Assembly (NCBI GenBank): GCA_965197855.1
Contig: OZ240230.1
Location: forward strand, 301,823 to 365,822
Direction of reading: 5' to 3'
Source of the DNA: Bdellovibrionales bacterium
GTDB lineage: Bacteria; Bdellovibrionota; Bdellovibrionia; Bdellovibrionales; UBA1609
Length of the DNA: 64,000 nucleotides
Made by a program: the position numbers and the translations under genes. Below, in pieces: positions 20,344 to 30,155 of this stretch. Positions within the stretch are counted from its first letter, which is position 1, and each line of letters begins with the position of its first letter. Under the pieces are notes generated by a model. The model saw only the letters and a program-made list of their open reading frames with translations. It did not search any database and was not told the DNA's origin.

Positions 20344-20877
20344 ATGGAAAATATAAAAACATCTATCGTTTATGATCAAGACCAAATTCAAAAGTGTGTA
20401 AAAGAGCTGGCACAACAGCTCACTCAATCCTTTACAGGGAAAAGAGTCGTTGCAATCGGAATGCTAAAAGGCTCTTTTCGTTTTTATTGCGACTTGGTAT
20501 CTGCCATGGAATTGGATGTTTTATGTGATTTCTACTCCGCATCCAGCTACGGTTTACGAAATAAACCCTCTACAGAAGTACGTTTGAGTTTAGACGCACA
20601 AGTAGATTTGCAGGATAAACACGTCATTCTAGTGGAAGATATCGTAGATCGTGGGATTACATTAAATAGTGTTCTTTTCCACTTGAAAGCAAGAAAACCT
20701 CAAAGCATTACAACAGTCACTCTTATATCCAAACCAGATCAAATGCAAAAAAATGTTAAAATTGATCATGTAGGTTTTAAAATTCCAGGAGACCCTTTTC
20801 TGATCGGGTATGGCCTGGATTATCGTGAAGAGTTTAGGAATTTACCTTATATTGCCCGAATAGAAACTTTTAAATAA
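20344..20877 (+). CDS. hpt: hypoxanthine phosphoribosyltransferase
   Basis: MLKGSFRFYCDL and the PRPP-binding loop VILVEDIVDRGITL. 177 aa. Confidence 0.85.
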   Translation: MENIKTSIVYDQDQIQKCVKELAQQLTQSFTGKRVVAIGMLKGSFRFYCDLVSAMELDVLCDFYSASSYGLRNKPSTEVRLSLDAQVDLQDKHVILVEDIVDRGITLNSVLFHLKARKPQSITTVTLISKPDQMQKNVKIDHVGFKIPGDPFLIGYGLDYREEFRNLPYIARIETFK

Positions 20878-20886
20878 TACTTTTCT

Positions 20887-22128
20887 TTATTTGTCCTCAT
20901 GGAATAGAGGAAACTGACTGCATAATTCCTGAACTTCATTTTTAATTTCTAAAATCTTCTTTTCATTTTTCTGATCACAAATAGCTCGATGGATCCAGTT
21001 CGCAATCATTTCCATTTCTTTTTCTTTCATTCCCCTTGTGGTTAAAGCAGGAGTTCCAATACGAATACCACTAGTCACAAAAGGTGACCTTGTTTCTCCT
21101 GGAACTGTGTTTTTATTTACAGTGATACCTGCCTGGTGCAAAACATCGCCAACCTCTTTGCCAGTTAAATTTTTATTATTTAAATTGATGAGTATCAGAT
21201 GATTATCTGTTCCTCCTGTAACCAAATCAAAATCTTTCTGAATCAGTTTCTGCGCTAAATACTTGGCATTGTTAACCACTTGTTGAGCATAAACTTTATA
21301 TGAAGGTTCCAAAGCTTCTTTAAAAGCAACAGCTTTAGCCATCATCACATGTGGAAGAGGCCCTCCTTGTATTCCAGGAAAAACTTTGGAATCTACTTTC
21401 TTCGCCCATTCTGCTTTACATAAAATAAATCCTCCACGAGGCCCTCTTAATGTTTTATGTGTGGTAGAAGTCACCAAATCTGCATAAGGAACAGGAGAAG
21501 GATGCACACCGCCAGCCACCAAGCCGCTAAAATGCGCCATATCCACCATCAATGGGCAACCCACTTGGTCTGCAATATTTTTAAATTTTTCAAAATCCAA
21601 AAAACGAGGATAAGCACTATGACCTGCAATCAATAATTTCGGTTTGTATTTCTTCGCTAAATCTTCCAATTTATTATAATCAATAAGATGTGTTTTTTCA
21701 TCTACACCATAAAATTGAGATTGAAAAATAAATCCACTAAAATTTACAGGAGAACCATGAGTGAGGTGACCCCCTTGTGATAAATCCATTCCTAAAATAG
21801 TATCTTGAGGTTTGAGGATAGCAAAATAAACAGCCATATTTGCAGTAGAACCAGAATGAGGCTGAACATTCGCATGATCGCAATCAAAGAGTTTTTTGAG
21901 GCGATCTCTGCCAACATTTTCAATAGTATCTACATTTTCACAGCCACTGTAATAACGTTTCCCCGGGTAACCTTCAGCATACTTATTGGTAAAGATAGAA
22001 CCTTGAGCCTCCAACACTTCAGAAGACACATAGTTTTCAGAAGCAATCATTTCAAGACCAAACTTTTGCCTTTGACTCTCCTCCTGAAGGGCGGAAAAGA
22101 TTATTGAATCTTTTTTTTCCAAACTCAT
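20887..22128 (-). CDS. glyA: serine hydroxymethyltransferase
   Basis: [20 protein letters not shown] and the PLP site [14 protein letters not shown]. Confidence 0.95.
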   Translation of the reverse strand: MSLEKKDSIIFSALQEESQRQKFGLEMIASENYVSSEVLEAQGSIFTNKYAEGYPGKRYYSGCENVDTIENVGRDRLKKLFDCDHANVQPHSGSTANMAVYFAILKPQDTILGMDLSQGGHLTHGSPVNFSGFIFQSQFYGVDEKTHLIDYNKLEDLAKKYKPKLLIAGHSAYPRFLDFEKFKNIADQVGCPLMVDMAHFSGLVAGGVHPSPVPYADLVTSTTHKTLRGPRGGFILCKAEWAKKVDSKVFPGIQGGPLPHVMMAKAVAFKEALEPSYKVYAQQVVNNAKYLAQKLIQKDFDLVTGGTDNHLILINLNNKNLTGKEVGDVLHQAGITVNKNTVPGETRSPFVTSGIRIGTPALTTRGMKEKEMEMIANWIHRAICDQKNEKKILEIKNEVQELCSQFPLFHEDK

Positions 22129-22535
22129 AATTTTTGAATACGCCTTAAATGACGGCCTTCTTCAAATGCTGTTTCATTAAAAATCTTAAAAAGATTTTCA
22201 CACAAATCAAAAGGAATCAAGGTGCCAGGTAAACAAAGTACATTCGCATTATTATGTTTTCGAGCTAATAGAACACTTTGCTCATTCCAACAAAGAGCCG
22301 CACGAATATTTTTATAACGATTCGCCTTGATCACCATCCCTTGCCCCGTTCCACATACCAGAACCCCTTGATCCTGATCTGTTAAGTTTTCACAAAGTTT
22401 TTCAGCATAATCGGGATAGTCCACAGGAGCTGAAGAGAAAGGACCCAAATCCTGCCAGTTTTTTTGAGGAAATTTACTTTTTAAATTTTCTTTTAAGGCG
22501 AGTCCCCGATGATCTGAAGCAATCCATATTTTCAT
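22125..22535 (-). CDS. rpiB: ribose-5-phosphate isomerase B
   Basis: [40 protein letters not shown], as in the RpiB/LacAB family. 4-nt overlap with glyA. Confidence 0.85.
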   Translation of the reverse strand: MKIWIASDHRGLALKENLKSKFPQKNWQDLGPFSSAPVDYPDYAEKLCENLTDQDQGVLVCGTGQGMVIKANRYKNIRAALCWNEQSVLLARKHNNANVLCLPGTLIPFDLCENLFKIFNETAFEEGRHLRRIQKL

Positions 22536-22578
22536 AGTGGAATGACTCTATTTTCTTTCAAAATCACAGTCAAGCCTC

Positions 22579-23502
22579 TTACCAGGAATAAGGAGAGGAA
22601 GCTTGAGATTTAATATTGCTAAAAGCCAAAAAATGAACATCAAAACCACAATCCAATCTTTTTTTATTAAAAACATTCTTAGTAAAACCATCTAACTCAC
22701 ATTGAAAATCCTCTTCATATGAAAATGGAAAAAAAGCAACAACATCGAATCGCAAGGGACGAAACAAACGAATCACTTTATTTAAAACCGCTGAAGGATT
22801 CTGCATATTGGTTTCAAAACTGACGTAGTAACCAGGCTCTTGTGGCGTCACATGAATCGTATAATATTCCTCACCTTTTAAAGCATTTAACGAATACCCT
22901 TGAGGCTGAAAAACATGATCCTGCAGAGTAAACCCCGGAAAAGTAGATTCTAGACCCAAAGCAGATCTAATTTTTTCTGCTTCTAATGAAGATTTGAATA
23001 AAGTATTCAACTCACCTTGAATATCATACATTAAAATTTCTACAGTATGATCTTTCGGGTTAGGTAAATAGGATTGATTGAGATGAAAAAGAAAAAAATG
23101 ATGTTCGTCCAGGTGACCAAACCTCAAAGCTTTGCCCTTAAATTTTCTTCTTAATTGAATGACATCATACTCAAAACTTGTTTTTTGATTGAGAGGAAAA
23201 AGTTCATTTTTTCTTTGAAAAAATAAGGCCTGAATACTTTCTTTATCAATTTGCTTAGCCAAATATAAAACAGCTGAAGATAAAGTTGTCTTTCCACAAG
23301 TAATCAGCGTCAGCCGATGATCCCAAATAAATAAACTGGACTCAGAAAGTATAAAAGCATCACAATAAGAATTGGAAAATTGATTAACTATTTGAGTTTT
23401 TGCTTTCTTTAAGAGCCTTGGATAAAAGGAATATTTCCTTAAACTCTGAGATTGAGGATTTGATATAATCTCAATTTTTTTTTCCGAACCTTCAAAGGAC
23501 AT
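22579..23502 (-). CDS. S-adenosylmethionine decarboxylase proenzyme, eukaryote-type (class 2, pyruvoyl-dependent)
   Basis: Collinear with my recollection of human AdoMetDC: FEGSEKKIE (human FEGTEKLLE), autoprocessing site ILSESSLF (human VLSESSMF), ITCGKT (KTCGTT), FFQRKN (FYSRKN), TVEILM (TLEILM), GYSLN (GYSMN), YTIHVTPQ..YVSFETN (WTIHITPE..YVSFETN). Confidence 0.8.
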   Translation of the reverse strand: MSFEGSEKKIEIISNPQSQSLRKYSFYPRLLKKAKTQIVNQFSNSYCDAFILSESSLFIWDHRLTLITCGKTTLSSAVLYLAKQIDKESIQALFFQRKNELFPLNQKTSFEYDVIQLRRKFKGKALRFGHLDEHHFFLFHLNQSYLPNPKDHTVEILMYDIQGELNTLFKSSLEAEKIRSALGLESTFPGFTLQDHVFQPQGYSLNALKGEEYYTIHVTPQEPGYYVSFETNMQNPSAVLNKVIRLFRPLRFDVVAFFPFSYEEDFQCELDGFTKNVFNKKRLDCGFDVHFLAFSNIKSQASSPYSW

Positions 23503-23665
23503 TATTTTTCCTCTTGGAAATTTTTTGTGATATATGAATATTTGTGTATTTTATCAAAGACTAAACGTATAGCAGAGTAAATACAAGAGGAAATTAAATA
23601 GTTTTGTTCCTATATAAAGTACAAAACTTCATACACATGATTTGGTATTGAATTTCCAACACACT

Positions 23666-24439
23666 CTATTTAGTAATGTAATTGACAACATTATAGAGTC
23701 GAGCTTCATCAACAAACTCTACCGGAATATAAGATGGCTTTAAGGTAGAACGAAATTCCACACATGACTCCAGCTTTTTTCTATCACAAATCCCATTGAA
23801 TTCACAATTATCCTTATAATAGGCACAGATTCTAATCTCATATTCCAAATCATCAGTAAAGTTTTCATTCGGCATAAAAGCTAATGCATATGAGCTGAAA
23901 TTATGAAAAATCTCCTCATCACAAATAATACCATCACAACAGAATTGTCTGGAGATAATACATTGATTACCGCATCTACATGAACGATAGGATTTTCCCA
24001 TACCACAGTTAAAACCATTAAATGGCTGATTAAGTTCTATTCCTCCTCTTTCTGTACAAGAAGCACGATAAAAAACTGATTGCATCTTATTAAAAAAAAA
24101 CGGATGAGCATCAACAGTCACAACATCATAAAGCCCATCTGTATTCATAGGGTTTGAATTCACAATATCAAACTGATCCTCATCACAAACCTCCCCATTA
24201 CAGCACCATTGTCCAGATAGAATACATTGATCACCACATCTGCAATCACGATAATCCATCCCTGTAGCACAGTAACGACCTCCAATAAATGGTTCATCTA
24301 ATTTAATACCTCCTCTTTCTGTACAGGATGGAGAATTCAAAAAAGATTGAACACCTTCAACAAAAGATAAGAGTGGATTCGCATTGATTTTTGAGATAAA
24401 AGAAAATAAAAGAACAATAACAAATATAGATTTGTACAT
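23666..24439 (-). CDS. secreted Cys-rich protein with an internally duplicated module
   Basis: Signal peptide. The module SCTERGGI.L..PF.G..C..G..YR.CRCG.QCI.S.Q.CC.G..CDE..F occurs twice. Confidence 0.5.
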   Translation of the reverse strand: MYKSIFVIVLLFSFISKINANPLLSFVEGVQSFLNSPSCTERGGIKLDEPFIGGRYCATGMDYRDCRCGDQCILSGQWCCNGEVCDEDQFDIVNSNPMNTDGLYDVVTVDAHPFFFNKMQSVFYRASCTERGGIELNQPFNGFNCGMGKSYRSCRCGNQCIISRQFCCDGIICDEEIFHNFSSYALAFMPNENFTDDLEYEIRICAYYKDNCEFNGICDRKKLESCVEFRSTLKPSYIPVEFVDEARLYNVVNYITK

Positions 24440-24681
24440 GACCCTCCTTTGTCAATTTGTAACAATCCCTACATCTTATATTAAAACAGCAGTTAGAAGA
24501 ATTTCCAAAATACACCTCTAAAGGGTGTATCATTCTGATAAACTACAACACTGGAATAGACCTAAAGTGTACGATCTGTTTATATGTCACACATACTCAT
24601 TACATATGGATAAAATACATATAAACAGAATAAAAAATTCATTCTGAAAGTTAGAGCTTATACCATAAAAACATTCAAGCC

Positions 24682-26043
24682 CTAAAAAATGAGTTCAAAT
24701 AGGCCCAATGAATGCAAAAATACAATCACTATACATAAAGGAGTAATAACTCCAACAAGAGTTTTCCATAGGAAAACATATTCTTTTTTAAGATTCAAAT
24801 TTTCCACAACCACCTGGGTGGGTAACTTATATGCCACATAGAGAGCAATTAAAAAGCCGCCTAAAGGCAATAAGATTTTTTGTGAGACATAATCCACAAA
24901 ATCGAAGATCGTCATAGATTGAATAATGTGCAAATCAGACCAAATATTAAATGACAACACAGTGCCTATCCCTAAGACCCAACAGGTCAAACCAATTAAA
25001 ATAGCCATGTACAATCTTTTCACTTTATATTTTTCAACAAAAAATGCCAAAGCCGGCTCTACAAGAGAGATAGCAGAAGTCAAAGCCGCAAAACTAACAA
25101 GTATGAAAAATAAGGCTCCAAAAAAAGATCCCGCCGGTAAATTACCAAAAGCTAAAGGAATGGCTTGAAACAACAAACCAGGTCCTGCATCCGGCTGTAA
25201 CCCATTTGTAAATACTATAGGGAAAATAGCCAATCCTGCAATAAGAGCCACCAGTGTATCTAGACCAGCGATCACACCTACTGTTGACACAATGGACACT
25301 TTTTTAGGCAAGTAAGACCCATAAGCCATAATAGCTCCCATACCAACTGATAAAGTAAAAAAAGCATGTCCCATAGCAGATAACACAGCTTCAGAGCTCA
25401 AATCTTTAACATTAAAAGAAAACAAAAAGGAAAATCCTTTTACAAAATCTCCAGACACTACAGCATAACCAAGCAGAACAAACATCAACACAAATAGCAA
25501 AGGCATAGCCCACTTAACAAAAAGTTCTAAACCCCTTTTCACTCCTCGAGAAATAATAACAACAGTAATAATCATAAATAAAGTAAACCAAAACATCACT
25601 AAGGAAGGATCACTGACAAATTGAGAAAATACATCGCTCACTAACTGATTATCTGCACCTGTAAAATGGCCTTTTGACATCAGAAATATGTAATGCAAAA
25701 CCCATCCAGCTATCACTGCGTAATAGGATAAAATCATAAAACCAGCCATCACTCCCATCCAGCCAATACAAGACCAGGCAGGCGATCTTCCATATGTCTT
25801 ACTGAGGGAAAGCATTGTATTAATAGGGCTTTGACGTCCCATACGACCCAACATTACCTCAGAGATCATAATAGGAATACCAATACATGCAATACACAAA
25901 AGGTAAATGATCACAAAAGCTCCGCCGCCGTTTTCGCCTGTCATATAAGGAAACTTCCATATATTACCTAATCCTACTGCTGAGCCTGTTGCGGCAAAAA
26001 TAAAAGCCCAGCGGTTAGACCATATACCGTGTTGCGATTCCAT
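24682..26043 (-). CDS. sodium-dependent transporter, neurotransmitter:sodium symporter (SNF/NSS) family
   Basis: WSNRWAFIFAATGSAVGLGNIWKFPY signature and about 11-12 TM helices. Confidence 0.9.
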   Translation of the reverse strand: MESQHGIWSNRWAFIFAATGSAVGLGNIWKFPYMTGENGGGAFVIIYLLCIACIGIPIMISEVMLGRMGRQSPINTMLSLSKTYGRSPAWSCIGWMGVMAGFMILSYYAVIAGWVLHYIFLMSKGHFTGADNQLVSDVFSQFVSDPSLVMFWFTLFMIITVVIISRGVKRGLELFVKWAMPLLFVLMFVLLGYAVVSGDFVKGFSFLFSFNVKDLSSEAVLSAMGHAFFTLSVGMGAIMAYGSYLPKKVSIVSTVGVIAGLDTLVALIAGLAIFPIVFTNGLQPDAGPGLLFQAIPLAFGNLPAGSFFGALFFILVSFAALTSAISLVEPALAFFVEKYKVKRLYMAILIGLTCWVLGIGTVLSFNIWSDLHIIQSMTIFDFVDYVSQKILLPLGGFLIALYVAYKLPTQVVVENLNLKKEYVFLWKTLVGVITPLCIVIVFLHSLGLFELIF

Positions 26044-26190
26044 AAAATTTCTCCTTATTCAAAGCTATTATTATGGCAACATTGCTCTTTTATGAAAAAA
26101 AACAATCTACACCAAATACATAGATACTATCTATGTTGTCAATCTGAAAAGTACATCATCTCCATATCTACGTCATCTCTACATCTACGT

Positions 26191-26573
26191 CATCCCGCTC
26201 AAGATTTGCGTAGGCTCCCTTCATTCGCTAATCAAAATATCCAGTTTTGATTCTTTGTAGCAAAGGCTTTCGCCTGTGCTACAAATCGCTCATTCACTTC
26301 AAATCCCATATAGATAAAAAATAAAAGGCTTTGCAGTCCTTTTATTTTTTTAATGGGCGATCGACGGGATTCGCCCACTACAACCTTTCGCATCCCGCTC
26401 AAGATTTGCGTAGGCTCCCTTCATTCGCTAATCAAAATATCCAGTTTTGATTCTTTGTAGCAAAGGCTTTCGCCTGTGCTACAAATCGCTCATTCACTTC
26501 AAATCCCATATAGATAAAAAATAAAAGGCTTTGCAGTCCTTTTATTTTTTTAATGGGCGATCGACGGGATTCG
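26191..26573. repeat. tandem direct duplication (two 183-bp copies 100% identical by eye, 200-bp period) of the region immediately 3' of tRNA-His, including the tRNA 3' end
   Basis: 26191-26373 is identical to 26391-26573. The copies are separated by the 17 bp cccactacaacctttcg. Each copy contains hairpins (aatcaaaa/ttttgatt; tttgtagca..GAAA-type loop..tgctacaaa) and an A/T-flanked terminator-like stem. Confidence 0.9.
26354..26385 (-). pseudogene. orphan tRNA-His 3' fragment (acceptor 3' strand plus T-arm, then a degenerate continuation)
   Basis: tgggcgatcgacgggattcg is identical to the 3' end of the intact tRNA-His. The following cccactacaacc resembles cccgcaacaacc of the real tRNA after a 2-nt gap. 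Confidence 0.7.
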
Positions 26574-26628
26574 AACCCGCAACAACCAGAACCACAATCT
26601 GGCGCTCTACCATTGAACTACGACCGCC
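26554..26628 (-). tRNA. tRNA-His (anticodon GTG) with encoded G-1
   Basis: Reverse complement ggcggtcgtagttcaatggtagagcgccagattGTGgttctgg..gcgggttcgaatcccgtcgatcgccca. Has G-1:C73, U8, D-stem gttc/gagc and anticodon loop ttGTGgt. Confidence 0.9.
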
Positions 26629-26822
26629 ATCTATTAAAAATACTACACCTAATGAAATAAAATAATCAATTGATTATTTTTTCCAAATATTTATAATTAT
26701 AGATCATGACAAATTTTAAACTACATTTCAATTTCACCCACTCCTCCTCACATAAACCCCAACTCAAATTGGACCATCCATCTTCAGACAACATTATTTC
26801 TCTTCTCAAAGCATCTTAAAAA

Positions 26823-27479
26823 ATGATCCAAGTCCAAAATATACATAAAAACTTTCAACAAGCCCTGCGAACTATAGAGGTATTAAAAAATATTAGTTTT
26901 AAAGTCGACACTACAAAAAGTCTGGCCATTGTAGGTCCTTCAGGCAGTGGTAAAACTACCCTCTTATCTTTATTAGCAGGTTTGGAAAAACCAGACTCCG
27001 GAAACATCCAAATAGATAGTCAAAATATTACGCAAATGAACGAATCAGAACTAGTGCAATTTCGCTCCAACAATATTGGCATCGTTTTTCAACAATATCA
27101 TTTAATGCCCCATCTAACAGCACTGGAAAATGTCAGCTTGCCTTTAGAAATCACACGTAAAAAAAAATACATCCAAAAAGCCAAAGAGCAATTAGCTAAA
27201 GTAGGTATGGACCATCGTTTCAACCACCTACCGAGCCAAATGAGCGGAGGTGAATGCCAACGAGTCGCTATTGCTAGAGCCAGCGTCACCCATCCACGTA
27301 TTCTTCTGGCTGATGAACCTAGTGGCAACTTGGACGCTCTTTCAGGGAAAAAAGCAATGGAAGCCCTCTTTTCTCTCGCAAAAGAAACCACTCTTATTTT
27401 AGTGACTCATAATATGGATCTGGCCAATAAATGCGAGGAAAAAATACAAATATCAAATGGCTGTATTCACTCTTTTTAA
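26823..27479 (+). CDS. ABC transporter ATP-binding protein (YbbA/LolD-MacB-type)
   Basis: Walker A GPSGSGKTTLL, signature MSGGECQRVAIARA and Walker B ILLADEPSGNLD. Confidence 0.9.
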   Translation: MIQVQNIHKNFQQALRTIEVLKNISFKVDTTKSLAIVGPSGSGKTTLLSLLAGLEKPDSGNIQIDSQNITQMNESELVQFRSNNIGIVFQQYHLMPHLTALENVSLPLEITRKKKYIQKAKEQLAKVGMDHRFNHLPSQMSGGECQRVAIARASVTHPRILLADEPSGNLDALSGKKAMEALFSLAKETTLILVTHNMDLANKCEEKIQISNGCIHSF

Positions 27480-27488
27480 AAGGCGCTT

Positions 27489-29945
27489 ATGCTTATTTCT
27501 TTAGTATTTAAGGAACTCAAAAATCGCTTTGCCTTCCTCTTTGTACTCACAGGAGCTATTGGACTGACCGGTTGGATAACACTGGATATTTTCAAAAACT
27601 CCATAGACCAAGCTATACAATCCAGATCCAAAATTATGCTTGGCGCTGATCTGATTATTTCTTCTAGAAAACCTATTCCGGATCAAACCAGAAAAATTGT
27701 CTATCAACTGGGAGGATCCAATATCGAAGAATCCCAAATCACACAAACATTTTCCATGATTACAAATGCTCAAGGAAAAAGCAGACTCATTCTCATTAAA
27801 GCTGTTCAACAAAATTATCCTTTCTACGGCGCCTTAAAAGAAAATCAAGTCCTTCAAGAAAAAGAAGCTTGGGTTTATCCCGAAGTCATCAACCAATTAA
27901 ATTTTAAGTTAGGCGATTTTATTTTTATAGGCGAATCCCAATTTCGTATTTCTCAAATCATCGAAGAAGATCCTTCTCATTCCATCACAGACAATCTCGC
28001 CCCCCGCATCTATATACCCCACCAATACCTGAAAGACACTCAACTCATTAAAAGCAACCAAAGCATTGCCTTTTATTCTTATATTTATAAAATTCCTCAT
28101 ATCAAAGATTTATCCGCCTTCAGACAAAATATTTTTAAACAAATTAATGACCCGACTATCTCCGTACACACTCATACGAGTCATAGCGAAACACTGACAC
28201 GTCTAATGGGTTACTTAAATGACTTTCTATCCCTTTGTTCTTTATGTGCATTAATATTAACATGTGTAGGTATAGGTTTCTTATTTCGATCTTACTTTAA
28301 AAAGAAAATATTGGAAATGGCTATCCTTATCAGTCTTGGGCTTCGCCGAACACACACTTTTTCAATTTATCTTCTTCAAATCATCATTTTAGGCTTAACA
28401 AGCTTTTTAGTAGCTATGATTTTATCTGCCATCCTCCTTCCTGTTTTAAAAACAGCTACAAAAGATATTCTCCCTTTTACAATTCAAATCCAATGGCACA
28501 CATTTGCATCCAGTCTCATTGCTGTTCTGGTTCCTCTTTGGATCACTCTGCCCATTTTAGCTAGAATTAGAAAAATCAAAACCTCCCTGCTTCTTCATCA
28601 AAGAGTTGATTTTCAATTCGATCTTTTAAGTTTAGTGTTTTATGTTTTAGGTATTTTTATTTTATGGGGTTTGGCTGTTTGGCAATCTCATTCTATCTAT
28701 GTAGGAAGTCTTTTCACTTTAATTTTTGTCAGCTCCGCCGTCCTTTTGACAGGATTAGGATGGCTATTGCTGAAAGCAATCTCTCACCTCAAATCTTCAT
28801 CCTTTGCATGGCGCCTGGCTCTTCGTGATCTGATTCGTCACCCCTTTAGCTCTTTATCATGCTTTGTCTCCTTAAGCTTGGGAGTTCTACTCTTAAATTT
28901 AATCCCTCAAATGGAGAGAACTTTATCCAATGAAATATACAATCCAACTCAAACACGCCCCTCTATCTTTCTTTTTGATATTCAAGAGGAACAGAAACAG
29001 TGGGTGTCTGATAATTTAAAAATAGATAAAATGATCCCAATGATTCGCTCCCGCCTGTTATCTGTTAATGGAGAGACCTTTAATAAAGGAAGCGGCCAAT
29101 CCACATGGAGCCGGGAAAAAACCAGAGAAATGCACTTTAGAAACCGCAGTTTTAACTTATCTTATCAAAGTCAATTAAGCCATTCAGAAAAAGTTGTAGG
29201 AGGCCAAATGTGGACTGCAGGCACCTTTTCCAACTTACCTGAAATTTCATTAGAAAAACGTTTTGCAAAACGTTTAGGTTTGAAACTGCAAGACCGCCTG
29301 ACTTTTGAAATACAAGGTCAAGAGATTGAAGGAATAGTCCAAAGCATTCGTGAAGTTCAATGGCTTTCTTTTCAACCAAATTTTTTCATTCTGTTTCAAC
29401 CAGGTGTTTTAGAAAATTTTTCCAAAACCTATTTAGCCAGTCTCCACCCTCTCTCACCCACAGACAAACAACAAACACAAAGTACCCTGGCTCAAAAATT
29501 CCCAAACATTTCTGCTATAGATATTTCTCGAATTACAAAAAAATTCCTCAATTTAGCTCAAAATATCTTATTAGCCTTAAAAATGATGACCCTCCTGTGT
29601 TTATTAGCCTCATTTGCAGTGCTTTATTCTATCATTTCCCACCAAGTTCATAGTCGGATTAGAGATATTGGACTCTTAAAAATTTTAGGAACTCATTTTA
29701 TAGATATAAAAAAGATATTTCTTTACCAATTTGGCTTGATTGCCCTAGCGGCTCATCTCGTAGGACTCATTGGTTCTCTCGCATCTTCCTATGTTATGTC
29801 TGCTTTATTATTTGAAACGACATGGAAAACTTCCATTATCCCTTTCGTTTCAATAAGTATTACTTGGCTGTTATCTTGTACTATTATCTATATATCTTCA
29901 AAAACAGCCCTTAAAACCCCTGCTCAAACACTGTTACAAACCTAA
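27489..29945 (+). CDS. FtsX-family ABC transporter permease (YbbP-like, two FtsX modules)
   Basis: 818 aa with two clusters of TM helices separated by a large soluble domain. Adjacent to its ATPase. Confidence 0.8.
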   Translation: MLISLVFKELKNRFAFLFVLTGAIGLTGWITLDIFKNSIDQAIQSRSKIMLGADLIISSRKPIPDQTRKIVYQLGGSNIEESQITQTFSMITNAQGKSRLILIKAVQQNYPFYGALKENQVLQEKEAWVYPEVINQLNFKLGDFIFIGESQFRISQIIEEDPSHSITDNLAPRIYIPHQYLKDTQLIKSNQSIAFYSYIYKIPHIKDLSAFRQNIFKQINDPTISVHTHTSHSETLTRLMGYLNDFLSLCSLCALILTCVGIGFLFRSYFKKKILEMAILISLGLRRTHTFSIYLLQIIILGLTSFLVAMILSAILLPVLKTATKDILPFTIQIQWHTFASSLIAVLVPLWITLPILARIRKIKTSLLLHQRVDFQFDLLSLVFYVLGIFILWGLAVWQSHSIYVGSLFTLIFVSSAVLLTGLGWLLLKAISHLKSSSFAWRLALRDLIRHPFSSLSCFVSLSLGVLLLNLIPQMERTLSNEIYNPTQTRPSIFLFDIQEEQKQWVSDNLKIDKMIPMIRSRLLSVNGETFNKGSGQSTWSREKTREMHFRNRSFNLSYQSQLSHSEKVVGGQMWTAGTFSNLPEISLEKRFAKRLGLKLQDRLTFEIQGQEIEGIVQSIREVQWLSFQPNFFILFQPGVLENFSKTYLASLHPLSPTDKQQTQSTLAQKFPNISAIDISRITKKFLNLAQNILLALKMMTLLCLLASFAVLYSIISHQVHSRIRDIGLLKILGTHFIDIKKIFLYQFGLIALAAHLVGLIGSLASSYVMSALLFETTWKTSIIPFVSISITWLLSCTIIYISSKTALKTPAQTLLQT

Positions 29946-30155
29946 GAGAAAAATTTACACACCCAAAGAATCTAATATAAGATACTGTTTTTACTGATAA
30001 AAATAAACAGATATAAAAAATATACAGCTTCAGATTGACATATTGATATACTGCATTAGAATAGATAGGTAACAATGTTTTTACATAAAGTAAACAAACA
30101 TTTAAGAAAGTTCAATTAACCAAAATATTCATTTTAAATTACGAGGTCAAAAAAT

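Noticed and set aside
26029-26250. 73-aa ORF
   Set aside because: It lies in the intergenic/repeat region antisense to the transporter start, with no RBS. Its sequence runs into the tandem repeat.
26706-26819. 37-codon ORF immediately upstream of the ABC ATPase gene
   Set aside because: It has no clear RBS and low-complexity His/Ser-rich content, so it is probably non-coding leader sequence.
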